A stretch of DNA of 63,497 nt, the filler included, from Choristocarpus tenellus KU-1152 (taxonomy: Eukaryota; Protista; Phaeophyceae): NCBI GenBank assembly GCA_964200185.2. It is 12 parts of 12 records of this genome, joined end to end, with 100 filler letters (N's around TTAATTAATTAA, not from the genome) between each part and the next. Parts side by side here need not be neighbours in the genome. Positions count along the whole stretch, not along the records: positions 23,363 to 34,934 come from CAXNAD020002240.1; positions 35,035 to 38,782 come from CAXNAD020018171.1; 10 more parts are not named here. The stretch is one strand, 5' to 3'. A program made the position numbers and the translations under genes. The notes under the pieces were generated by a model, which was not told the DNA's origin, made no database searches, and saw nothing but the letters and a program-made list of their open reading frames with translations. Below, in pieces: positions 24,926 to 37,500 of this stretch. Every line of letters begins with the position of its first letter. Positions within the stretch are counted from its first letter, which is position 1.

Positions 24926-27024
24926 AGTCACCAGGGAGATGGGCACGGAGAGGTTTGTTGGATTCTTGGGATGCCTCCCTAGCTCCCCCCCCGGGGGCGC
25001 AGGAGTAGGTAGACAGGAAGCACAGGAAGACAGTAGTACAATATTGATAGTGGTAAAGTAACTGATTGGTGGTCTTCACACTTACAGTGTTTTATAGTGT
25101 TCTCACATTTATGATATCTTATTTCTTTAGAGCTTACACTGACATATGTATAGTTTTCATTTGCTTTCCCCCTGATACATCCGCAAAATGTCAGAGGGCA
25201 TAATAATATATGTATAAAGCATGTTTATCTGTTGTTATACCGTACTCGCTGTGTGCCATATACCGTTATACCGATTGAGGTTCCTTATCAAGAATCCATG
25301 ATTGCACTGGAGGACTTCCATGAGAGTGAATCCGTGGAATCTCTTCAAGAGTCCAGTTCCACAGATATGGGACTGCTCTTCATTCAGAGTTGTGAAACAT
25401 GAGAGATCTTCTTGACCTTTTCTGATGATCTTCTCTTGCTACATCCTCTGTCTGTCAGTCCTCACAGTTTTTGTACAAACTGTCTTGCACTTGTCCAACT
25501 TTATCCTCATCCTCTCGGTTGCGGTTCGTCTTGGTCCGTCTGATCCGTCTGGTCCGTCTGGTCCGTCTTGCCTGATAATTCTCTTCATCACCCTTGCCTG
25601 AGTGAACCTCGCCGCCATAGAATAAGATGATTCATACTATACCTTACATTAAGTGTAACTGTGCAATCACCTATACGAACTACCAGACCAAACTCACTCT
25701 CCCGTACTACTGGCACTCCTCAACTACCCTCTCTAACACTACTCATCTGTACCCCTACCTAAGATCCCACCCAACAGCTTTTTCTTCCAGTTTGAATCCT
25801 ACCACAAATATATCTTTTTCTATGTCCTAACATTTTCCACATGAAGGAGGAAACAAGATCAAAACTGTATGAACTACTTACTGTACATGTTGGTAGAGTG
25901 TGAAGGTTGAAGTTGAAGGGTTTGGTGTTTCTTCTTTGAATGAGGTAACAACAGTTGTGGATGTTTAATATTTTAAAAGGTTCCTCAATAACCCACAAAA
26001 ACGTTCCGACCTTCACAAATCGTTCTGATGACGTCATCTAATAACCGCTAAAACATATTTTATGGGTTTATTGTTCGAAGTATACTATATAACATATTGT
26101 AGATGTGTTAGGGAAAAAGCCAAACCAAAATCACATGGATCCTTTTTAAAGTAACGATAGTTGTATATGAAACAGATGGAAACAGGTCGACAGGTTCTTC
26201 AGACTGAAGGGGAGCGGAAAGATCCATAGGAGGAAGGGAATGAAGAGAGAGAAGGGAGGAGAGAAAGCAATCTCTCAGAAGATCACTCAGGAAAAAGTGA
26301 ACAAGCAAGAAGTGAATGTGGGGTCCCGTCAAACCCTCTATTTACTTCAAGCAAACGTTAACATCAACATGCAAAAGGTCTAATCCTCAAGATGAGTATC
26401 ATATATAATACACTGACACCTCTGACTGGTAGCAATGTATCCGACACCACTGTGTAAATGCATAGCCCATTTGATGGAAACTGCATGAACATGGTAGTCG
26501 GACACCAAGGCAAGGTACATTGATGCACGAATCAAACACAAGTAACTCGACCCGTACTTCAACCAAAAACTTATACAACTGAAGCCCTCTATTTCAATTG
26601 GTGGGCGGAGTCGAAATGGTATTTCTCACCCTTCTCCCACCACTCTACAAGCTTCGGGTATGCCTCGGTTAGAAGGTGCCAGAGATTTAGGTTCGTGGAG
26701 TACCAGTCGTTCCACGGTTCGAGCTTCACGAGGCTCATGAAGATGGCCTTCCTTTGACGGAGTGCTTCCATATGATCCGGACGCAATAATGTGCTGCTGG
26801 GCTTCCCTCCACGACCGCTGAGTTTTAGCTGTGTGGGCTCATGGACGTTGGAGTCATCCCCAAATATAATATTTTTGGCCGCTCTGCTGGCCTTTACAAG
26901 CCTGAACCCATGGTCGTATAATATGACCTAAGTTAGGATCTGTGTCTGCACTCTATACACCGAAGATGCAGGTTTTGTTGTCGATTGTAGAATCTCGGTA
27001 ACGCACACCTCCATGAAGGCTTCC

Positions 27025-27222
27025 TTCCCACGTTTTTTTTATGGCATTTCCTACCCCAAAATGTTTCGGAGTAGGTAAAATGTGTGTGTTGTGAAAAGGT
27101 GTGTCCAGAATAAGGATATTAACAATTCCTAACACAATAATAGCCAAAATTAAATCAAAATTACAACATTGGATTTTGGCTCCCGAATGTACGCAGCTCT
27201 ACCCTCTCAGAAACTTTGACTC
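27025..27222. mobile_element. MITE family B, partial copy
   Basis: Homologous to ~28395-28589; ends ctctaccctctcagaaactttgactc. Confidence 0.75.
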
Positions 27223-27229
27223 AGATGTC

Positions 27230-29150
27230 ACCAGTACTCCAACCTTCCCACTTCCAACCGAATCCATAAAGTTACGGATTTTGAAATGTTGCCACTTCTC
27301 ACCTCTTCTAAACAAGTCGGTGATAAGGTCTCTTCACCACCGCATATATCCACTCATGCAAACAAGGAGAGTTGGGAGGTACAAATATCATTGTACTCTC
27401 AATTTATCTATTACGTCCACCAACAAATATGTTGTCTATTTGCAACGATTGATAGTTGATACACACCACATATCAAGTCAGAGGTGGTCGTGCATAGGTT
27501 AACTAAGACCTCTTACCAGTTATCTAATCTCTTCACAAAACGATAGACTACACCCATCTATGACAACATGATATACGAACGATTTGTCTAAAGTAGATGG
27601 TCAACCTATGTAAAAGATTGATGTGTGTGGGTAACATGAGGTCTGGGTCAAGACACACTAGTCATGAAAGGGATTGACGAAGATCTGTACCAGACATGCA
27701 TTCAGTACTCTCTTTTCTTAGACAATAGGTCATACTACTATGAGAATGCATGATATAAATACCTACCTTTGCTATGAACAGTTTTACAAGTTTGGCATGC
27801 CTGACAATTCACGGCACCATGTATCAATATCGATAATGATTGTTGACCACCAATTCGAGTCTCTAACCTTATTAAACGCGGGTTTGAATTCTAAGTGGCC
27901 CTCAGACAATGCATGATCATGGCAACCATGAAGGACAAGACGAGCTCACAAGCGAGGAACCAACTAGTCTCTAAATGTGCTCCTCTTACGAAGATGATAT
28001 GGTGAATACGAACGATACAGTAAGCCATCACGAAGGAAAAATATAACATAGAGGTCGTCGGTTCCTTACCAGGTGGTGGGCTGAAATGGGGTAACTGCAA
28101 ATACCTCAAATATGGTCCAAAGTCAGGCTCCTGCTCCTGGTGCAATTGCTCCCAATCCGCCGTAGGAAATACAGTAGTGGATCTAGTATATAGTTCACGA
28201 CCACTTTGGACGGCAGTTGCTTGGTCAAGGTTAGAAGCAGAAAACTCAATATGAACATGTGTGGTAAATGCACGATTACTGTTGGGTAACCGCCACAGAC
28301 GGGTGCCAGCATTGGAGCAACGGAGATGGATCGAGTGAAAGTATCTTAGAGGGTACGAGTTTTTTCCTGTTTGTCCATTTGGGGCTTGGCTTTCCTCGGG
28401 GTTTTTATGACTTTTCGTACTCCAAAATATTCTGGAGAAGGTAAAATGTTTATGTCATGAAAAGGTGTGTCCGGAACAAGGATATTGACGCTTCCTAATA
28501 AACACGATAGCCAAAATTACATCGGAATCACAACATTGGATTTTGGTCCCCAAATGGACGCGACTCTACCCTCTAAGATACTTTGGCTCATCTCCTGTTC
28601 CTCAAACTTGGAAATATGAGATAGGGTGTCGGGCGTAAACCATTTAAGCTCACCAGGTTTGTGTTTGACAGTGAAGTCATGAGCTTGAAGTGCAATGGCC
28701 CAACGAGCAAACATGTTACCGATATCATATATTGTACAGATATCACGATGTGGCATGATCTGTAGTGCAGGTAGGGTGTCCACCCCAGACATACGGTCTC
28801 TAACGAGTGACTGCATTAACGACTGCATATCACTCTCTTAATGTAGCTGAACAGTGAAGTTGAGCTTCAGTAAGTTTCTTGCTGAAATTAGCAATGATGC
28901 ATAGGTCATTAGAATTATCGGATCGGGGTTGTCCTAAAAAACCTCCAGCACCACTCTCACTGGCACCAACATGAACGACGAACTCTCTGGTAAAGTATAA
29001 GGAAATACGAAAACCGGGGCTGCAGGGAGTAATTGTTTCACTTTGAAAAATGCCACATACTGGTCCAATTCCCATTTCTTTAGCAATGTCCCTACTGATA
29101 CCTTTCAAAGTAAAACGAACTAAAAGTTCGATTACTTCAGCTAGGTTGGG
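27230..29150 (-). mobile_element. Decayed Ty3/gypsy LTR retrotransposon pol (RNase H + integrase Zn finger), interrupted by a MITE
   Basis: RNase H signature FTREFVVHVGASESGAGGFLGQ...IIANFSKKLTEAQLHCSATLRE*YAVV...RWAIALQAHDFTVKHKPG. Downstream HDHALSEGHL...WW...CQTCK is an integrase H2C2 motif. Many stops and frameshifts. Confidence 0.8.
28333..28589. mobile_element. MITE family B, full-length, inserted in gypsy remnant
   Basis: TIRs GAGTGAAAGTATCTTAGAGGGTA / TACCCTCTAAGATACTTTGGCTC, with ATC duplicated on both flanks. Confidence 0.85.
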
Positions 29151-29513
29151 TATAAATTAAACGTTTCTCCCCCCTCTCTTAGCCAGTCATTCCTTAACTA
29201 TTCGTTCCCTTCTTGCTTCCTTCTTTTTATTTCCTCTATCCTCCCTTGCCCTGTGCCCCCAGCCAACCGGAATTCTTCCACCGACAAAACTCAGATTACT
29301 TCATAAAGTTTCGCTTTTTTTCACTACTTGAGTGAGAGGTTTCCCATAAAGTCATGTCTAAAGTTAAGCAAAGTATAATGAAGCAAGACACAACCTGGTC
29401 GAGACCACCAGGACACAGCATAGCAGCCTTTTGTTTCTCAGAACTGCACAGTACAGTACGTACAGTATATCACATCAATCAAGTTTAGACAACTGCATTG
29501 TACAGATGTTACG

Positions 29514-30620
29514 ATGCCCTGCGCAGAGGGATCCATCTGCAACATACAGGGGAATACTCCTGGTCCACCACACTATACATTCCATAAGTGTCGCGTTTGT
29601 AGCGACTATCTTCATGGTATTTGCAGCGTCGTGGATCCTTTTGGGGTCAGCAAAATGAAACTCGTGTGTAAAATTGTGCGAGCCCCACCAAGCGCAAGGC
29701 TTTGAGTCCTCCAGGCGGTGGCAACACAGCATCGAAGTGCCACGATAACAAAAACAAGTGTAAGGGGAAAGTGCTGCCAAATAAATCTACGGAGAAAGTC
29801 GCGTCCTACAAGCCTCATGGTGCCGACAATTGTAAAAGATTGAGCTTTGCAGAGAAGGTGGAAGTGTTGACATTCCTGAAGGCCACGGCGGGAACTGTGG
29901 TTGCTCAAAAGTTTGGAATCGGTCACAGCACCCTCTACAGGTCGAAGGAAGCAACCATTATGGAGAAAGTACAGACGCTGAAGCCTGACGCCAAGTCTAC
30001 GAGGGGTGCCAAACATTTTGAGGTGTGTCAGCACGCAGATTGAAAGTCTGAAAGTAGGTTGATTGTGGTCGTGATTGAATTGTCTTTCTGCACTGTCTGC
30101 TGATGAGGATCATGATTGAATTTTTTGAAATTTTGCGCGCGTTTCTGTTGTATTGTAATGTCTGTACTATGTGCTGTAGTATCACGGGTGGCCATTTTGC
30201 TCATAGAGGTACGCCCCACAAGGTGTCCCTATATGTCAATGAGGATCTTTCCGATGCCCTTGACGCTCTGCACCTTAAACCTGGTTGAAAACCGTCTCAG
30301 ACTTCCATCGATGCAGCGAAAGCGTGGATCGGTGTGGAAGACAATGATGAAGTGGCCAATGCGATACTAGAAGACATGAAAGACCAGCTGCTCGAGGAAT
30401 CCTTGTACCAGTCAGATACAGTGCATCAGTTGGTGACGAGGAAAGGAGCAGGCTCTTCAGTGTTCTCGATTCCTCCACCGCCGTACTCTCAAGTAGCTGA
30501 AGAGTTTGCAAGCTTAGAAACAACTGCCGAAGAGTGCAGCATGAACAATGTCTCGTACTAATATAGCTCCAGATAGCAAACCTGACTTGGCTCAGCACAA
30601 TCGGGGCAAGGGCAATCAAA
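29514..30620 (+). mobile_element. Internally deleted pogo/Tigger-like transposase remnant (PHD-like finger + CENP-B-type HTH + acidic C-terminus)
   Basis: KRLSFAEKVEVLTFLK...VVAQKFGIGHSTLY is a CENP-B/psq HTH. Upstream is HKCRVCSDYLHGIC. The C-terminus reads WIGVEDNDEVANAILEDM...PPPPYSQVAEEF. No DDE domain is seen. Confidence 0.6.
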
Positions 30621-30883
30621 GAACCGGATATTCAAGATTTTTTTGGCAGTCGCGATTTTTTATCAGCGAATAAGTTGTTTTACCCAGTGTGTGCGATGGA
30701 GGGTCCATTGCGGCGCAGCTGCATTTGATCCACGGTGGCGTTTTTGATACTGTCTGTATAATATCCTTGTAGAGTGCAATTAAATACCTAGGGCAGGGCA
30801 TCCGAGGGAGATTGGCTTTAAACATTGATTTGATTTGAACTGCGAGTCATCTGTCCAGCCATCCAATGGCTTGTGGATGCTTT

Positions 30884-31142
30884 GAGCCAAAGTATCTTAG
30901 AGGTTAGAGCTGCGTCGATTTGTGGCCCAAAATTCAGTGTTGCGATTTTAATGTAGTTTTGGCTATCGTGTTTGTTAGGAAGTGTCAATATCCATGTTCC
31001 AGACACATCTTTTCATAACATATACATTTTACCTACTCCGAAACATTTTGGAGTAGAAAAATGTCATAAAAAACCCCGTGGGAAGTCAAGCCCCAAATTG
31101 ACAAACCTAGCAAAACTCGTACCCTCTAAGATACTTTCACTC
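30884..31142. mobile_element. MITE family B, full-length, opposite orientation to the 28333 copy
   Basis: Same TIRs and interior (taggaagtgtcaatatcc..., ttttacctactccgaaacattttggagtag). TTT flanks. Confidence 0.85.
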
Positions 31143-34102
31143 TTTTCTTGGGAATGTGTACTATACATGTGAGTGAATACATCGTAATGAGTGTAATTTA
31201 CGAAAATTACAGTACTAAGGTGGTACCAGTAGCTTTGCCCTCTGTGGCAATTTTGCTTTTTTTCCTGGAATGCCACAACAGATTTACAACAATATACATA
31301 TCAAATGAAAGCTTATGACAAGATTTTTTAAAGGTTAGTATGCAGGAATGTAGAGACTTTGGTGAACGGGAACTATGTCCCAATAAAATAATGGAAAAAA
31401 AACGCGGGGGAATATCTCCGGCGCAATTTTGAAGGTAACGACTTCAAAACTTCCAAAAATGAAGTGTTTGGCTGAAAACTGGTCAGGGATATATTGCTGC
31501 CCAAGTTTGGCTGGTGCAGCCCTCACCGAAAAAAAAAGCAGAACCCCCCCCCCAAGATTTTCCTCTTTTTAAAACCTATTACAGACTTTGTGAGCACACA
31601 CACACGTGACTTACACAACGACATGAACCACGACGGTGAGACAAGGAGAGCTGCTAAGGCCACTCTGCCCCCTGGATTTACCCTCGATACCTTCTCTGTC
31701 GAGAGGGACCGGAAAAAAAAGGACCGTGTGACACCCAGTGCGATGTTAGGTGACGAGAAAGTGTGAGTAGTGTGGCGCAGCAGCATGATCGAATCGCGAA
31801 ATGGACCACGCGGTCTCGACAGTGACGCTGAGAGAAGATGGATTGAAAGCATTACCACACAAACGTGGTTGGATCTTTAACCACATTGGAACACTGCTCT
31901 GCAGTCTCTACTGCCTCGGGAAAGCAGGAAAAGAACAGTGAATCCATCACCAGGTGTGGTACAGTGATGAAGTCTGTGGGGAAACCTGATCATGGCAGGC
32001 GAAGGGAGAACCAGAGTGGCCAGCCGAAGGGAAGGTTGGGGAGTAGAGCAGTGTGACTACGTGCCATTGCGCTCAGGAAATGCCAAAGCAAAAGCCCGGG
32101 TGTAGAATATCTTAGTAGTCGTCAGTTGCAGCAGGCCCTAGCTGTTTGGAAGCTATGTGAGCCAGAGTGACTTAGGAAACGAGAAAGAAGGTGTTAGGGT
32201 TGGGCTACATGGCCTCTGAATCCCAAAAGAATGTAACCCATTTCCGGTGCTCAACAAGGAAATGTGATAGTAAAGGCTCTAACATTGCGAATCCTATACG
32301 TGTGTATGAACGATGGGAAAGACCGTCAAACAGCGCTCGAGATGGCAGCAGGATAGGCGATGGTCAGGTCGGAAACTGTGAGTAAATGGGAGAGAGACTT
32401 CCTAACTAATGGCCACATCAATGTGTCGGAGCAAGGGCGCGACGAGAGGCGTTTCGTTCTGGGCGTCGACAAGGACATCCTTGCCGAGGTCAAAGAGTGG
32501 GTGCACTAGCACACAGGAAGAAAGGGTAGGGAGGATTTTTTCCTTTCTAAACCCTATACTTTAAGTAATAGTATATCTATTGCCACTCTTGGTGACCTAC
32601 AATCCAGGGTTCGAACCCCAATATGACCGCTCTTTCTATGATAATAGAATAAAATGGCGAAAAACAGAAACGAAGCCCGTACTCTGGAGAGCATTGTGAC
32701 GGGCATCACGACTATGCTTCAATTATTTTAATCCGATGTCTACATCAAAAGTTATGATGGGACAACCCCAGAGGGCGAACCTACCGGTACCACTAATTGT
32801 ACTTATGACACTGGTATACTGAGCAGGGGTGGTGTAGATGTGGTGCTTGCTGCATCACCACAGCTTCATCGAAATGGACTCACCTAGGGCAATGTTCAAT
32901 ACATATCTACATGCAGCTATTCTTGAAGGCATATGGGAAGCACATACAGCAAGGGCGTCGCTCTGTCATCGTTTGGGTACAAGTATAAGGTGCTTATGAG
33001 TAGTGTTACTCGATAATCACAGGTTTCTCTTATCACAGTCCCTCGGTTTAAGAGAAAAGCAGTCTTTTATACAATAAGAGAGGGTCGGGATGGGATATAA
33101 GAGAGGATGTTTTCGCTTGTCCCCTACCCTCTATAATATAGGTATATTGATTGTTTGGTGTTTGTGTTGGGGTAGTATAGAAAATATGTGGTCATCATAA
33201 TATATAGGAGTTTGGATATTATATTGTAGAAGTGAGAAACAAACACTATGTAAGAAGTATTTTGCATAAATAATACAAATATAATGTAGTAGAGTTGTCC
33301 ACCCTTTCTCAACCTCTAATTAGGGTTAAGGGTTTTTAAAAACGTGAAGTTTGGGGATATCTGAAATAAGAGTGAGGAGTCCTTCAAACGAAGTGGTCAG
33401 AGTTTGGAGAGGGGGAGAGATACTACCAGACAGACAGATAAACCAGAGATAGAAAAGCCTGGAATCTTCGGAAGGTGTGTTTTCACTAGGAAGCAGATGA
33501 GAATATAGTTGAGGTATGGGAGAGACAACCATCTTTGTGAGGGAATGCGATCAAACAATTCTTGCCTGCCATACAAAGCAGAGGGCTATAAGCGTTAGGC
33601 GGTTTAGAGTAGAGATTTTTTGAATCCTAAGTAAAAAATCTACTGTTTACCTTATTCCATCTCCCCACCAGGACCTGACTCTTGGCGTTCCGTTGCCTCT
33701 CTGGCACACATTGATATGCTTTGATCTATTCCTACCTACTTGAACGAAGTTTTCCTCGTCCAGCGTTTTTTGTAGGAAAACTCTGGAGAGGTCGACCTCG
33801 ATGGAATGATTATTTATCATTTTGATAAGGAAGACAGCATTGTCGCTTTTGCTTAAGGCGTTTGCGTACGCGCATCTACGTGTATTGTAGTTGTTTGAAG
33901 ATTCTGGAAAAGTTACTATCAAGCTCTCCAATATTCCGTACCTGGTTGTCCTTGTTTCCATATCGCTCCCCGTCGATGTTCATAGTCTACATAGGGTGCT
34001 GTACAGATAAATTATCAATACCTAGCCCTTTTCTTCCCTCTACCGCCCCCCTCCCCCACATGCTCCCCCCTAATGTGGATATAGCTTGTTGGCACAGCAG
34101 CC

Positions 34103-34528
34103 ATGTCTACCTCCATTGGGATGATGGATCCTGCATATTTCGTAGGTGAGCACTACGGTCTCCTTAGAAATGCCTTGGTTGTGTAGGAGAATCGAGAGGA
34201 CCAAGAATAAAACCTGTTCAGTATTTTTTGAGTTTCAATAATCAAGAGTTGTGTGGATATGTTGCACGCACTGATGCTATACTGATACGAACTTCCTCCT
34301 TATTTTTTCCCAGTCTGTTATCCTTATAACTAGTTGTCAAACGTTTTTCATTTGTCGTACTACTGTGAGCTTGTCGGTTATTTCAGCAATTTGTTGATAT
34401 CTCACCAATACCCTAGACCGTCCATACATCCATTCCCCAGTATTTTTTTTGTTCCCTTGCCCTTCCCTGTAGGGCGAAAGGAGATCCTGGACTGGCTCAA
34501 CAGCTACCTGGGCCTAAACCTAACGAAG
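34103..34528 (+). CDS. EB1: Microtubule end-binding protein EB1, first two exons (34103-34145, 34473-34528); rest lost at contig end
   Basis: Splices to MSTSIGMMDPAYFVGRKEILDWLNSYLGLNLTK, the conserved EB1 CH-domain N-terminus (plant-type IGMMDxAYFVGRxEIL). Confidence 0.92.
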
Positions 34529-37500
34529 GTGGTAATCTCTATTGGATCTTGTAGACTATGTTGCAGTTACTTCTTGAACAGAGTGAGGACAACCAGAGGT
34601 CTTGATAGGAGAGAAAAATATCATCAATCGTGAGAGGCACCTTTTGCTCCTAAAAAATCTCGATTCGTAGTTTCTCCCAAACATGCAATGTGAGTTCGGG
34701 ATCCCATGTTGTACGCCACAACATCAGGTTTCGTTGCGTGGGCTGGGGACGGAGAGTATCCATGGTGCAAATACAGTGGAACGGGTTTGTGATGCTTGAG
34801 AGAGGAACTCTGTCGTTGAGAAATCCACCTTATTTTTAGGGGAGAAAAGGAAGTCGTCCCTTGATTGGGAGTGCCTCCTTCAGGGAGGGGGGGGGGCTGA
34901 TGGAGACTTTATAGATTCATTAGGTGCGTTAAAANNNNNNNNNNNNNNNNNNNNNNNNNNNNNNNNNNNNNNNNNNNNTTAATTAATTAANNNNNNNNNN
35001 NNNNNNNNNNNNNNNNNNNNNNNNNNNNNNNNNNGTGATATTTAGCCCAGGTTGTCCATTGGGGGCTTGATGAGGTGTTGTAAGATGCCCCAGTTTGTTT
35101 GATGCCTGTTTTAGGTGGGATTTTCGTTTTGATTTGTATGAGGTGAGGGGATGTAAGAGGAAGGCATGTTGAGATGAAGGAAAGTGGCCTTACATCTGAC
35201 ACGTTCACTCAAATGACATGGAAATGACTACAGGGTCAAACAGGCCCCCAATGGACACCCGACTCCATCTCTAGGATAGTACGGTTCAGATTAGAGTTAT
35301 ATTTTTTTTACATAGGAGATTGTATCTCAAATGCAAGGAAGTGAGTTGAAATATGGTCAATGATGGAATAATAATACATACATACGTATATATATATATT
35401 TTAGTGTATCGTATCTCTTACAGCTCTGTCATGAAGGTTTCAAAATACTAGATGTACTAGTTAATAGTCTTAGTCCGTAATTTCCAATCAGGCACCTTCA
35501 TCCTCCCCTCCAATCGTCACATTTGGTCCTTTTTGGTGAAATGAAAAGGAGAAAGAGGGACATCTACGGAAACAAAGGGGATCGAAAAGGTTGATGGTGT
35601 GCTGTAATGGAATACCGACCTACCTAGAAGCAAGATCATACCTCTTAGTGGTGGTAGGTAGCAGGATGTTCGTCCCCCGAGGAAAAACCAAAATGAACAA
35701 AACGTTTAGAAGCTGATGGCACTGATGAAACCGAGGGGGTGGATAAAGTGGAGTGTCCTGACCTGAGACAAGATCATTTTGTGTAGTAGTACAATCTGCG
35801 TAAATCTGTCAAGGCAGGGACCACCTTTTCTATCAGGAGTTTTGGGAACAAGGTAATACTCTGTAGGGATCGGTAAATTTCTGGAGTGGAGGGATGCTAA
35901 GGGATGTCGTTTGTCCATTGTACACTAAAACAATGAATCGGCACTTTTTTCTATAATGATTGTGAAGAATAATACGCACAAGAATCTCTATCTGTATGAC
36001 TTGTGAAAGCCTAATAGTAGCGTCCCCGGACTAACTTATATCTATGGTTGGGTATGAGGTTGCAGGAACTTGCTGGTGGTTGAGGAGAGGACATCATGAG
36101 TGGGTGGAGGTCGAGCAAGCACACCAATGTTCACTGCTGTACTCGAAATACAATAGGTTGTGTATAATTCCATGTATGCCAACATGTGGTGCATGCAAAG
36201 ATTAGCATAATACGAAGTAGTTTCCATCTCTTTGTTTTTCGAGGAAGTGGATGACATTGCTGCCCCACATGAGGTATGATTTGAGGGTATGGAAGTGGAA
36301 AAGAATATTTTTTGTTTTTGATATATTTGTTTTTTCTAACGCCTGTTCCATATTTGGTCATGTTTTGTATTTGGTATGTAGTAGTAGATATATCTCTATG
36401 ACTCCTTAAAGAGTACTGCAATTGAGACGGGATAGTTGATTGTGAACATGTTGAACCCGTGCGCCCGATCCAGGGTGGGTCGTTGTATTTGTTACGAAAG
36501 ATGTCCCTTTGGTCCTCACATAATATGCTGGGACCATGCTTAACCCATACAAAGATTTGCAAGTAGGCACTAGAATCTGGTAATGGTAGGATAAAGGCAA
36601 CTATAGGGAGGTATCCTGCTTCACGATTGAAAGTCCTGTGACACAAGTGCGAAGCATTTTACATTTTCTTTCTCTTTATTTGTTAGTTCCTATATAGCAT
36701 ACCCGCAAAGGTGAAACACACTATAACGAGGGCCGTGAGAGAATGGTGTAGGCACAGGGTTGATTTCTGGTCTGCAGGTGGAAGTGAAACTCCTAGTGCT
36801 TGTTGATTTTCAATATTTCGTTGTTAAGACTTGTCTGTATTTCAAACTGAATCTTCCCTAACCTCGGAAGTACTGCTATTATTTGCATAATGTGAAACTG
36901 CACATTTGTACTCCACACGTAGTATGAGTGAATGATATATAACGTTCATCCTAGCAAACGATCTCAGATATTACCGAGCAATATACTTCGTAGAACGTTT
37001 ACTTGAACATCACGATATTCTAGGACTCCTATCCATCCCTCGTGAATCATCATAGTCACATCATCTTGCTTCTCAGACATTTCTTACTTCATTTATGCTA
37101 ATAGCAACATTGAGTGTGTGCACTACTGCAACGCATGTCCCTATACAAACAAAATATTGCTCACAAAAGCAACACGGTGTACATCAGAGATTTGGTCCGT
37201 ACCATATCTTTAGTGTTCGGAGAAGGTTATTTTCGGGGGCAACCTCATCCACTTTACTGCACTAAATATCGCACAAGTGTGGAATTTGTGGGGGGTGTTC
37301 GAATAGACTCCTCCAACTGTATGAGAGATCACTAGTAGTATGTTTGGAGTCAGAATAGAAGAGTTATTTGATGGTAAACCCAGATTTGCTCTTGTATATA
37401 TGAAGGAATGGATAGGAGCTGACTCTAATAAGCGTGGTGACTTGAGGCGGTGTGGTCACCCCTCTGGTCGGGATTAATCACTACGGGCAGGCAGGGGATA

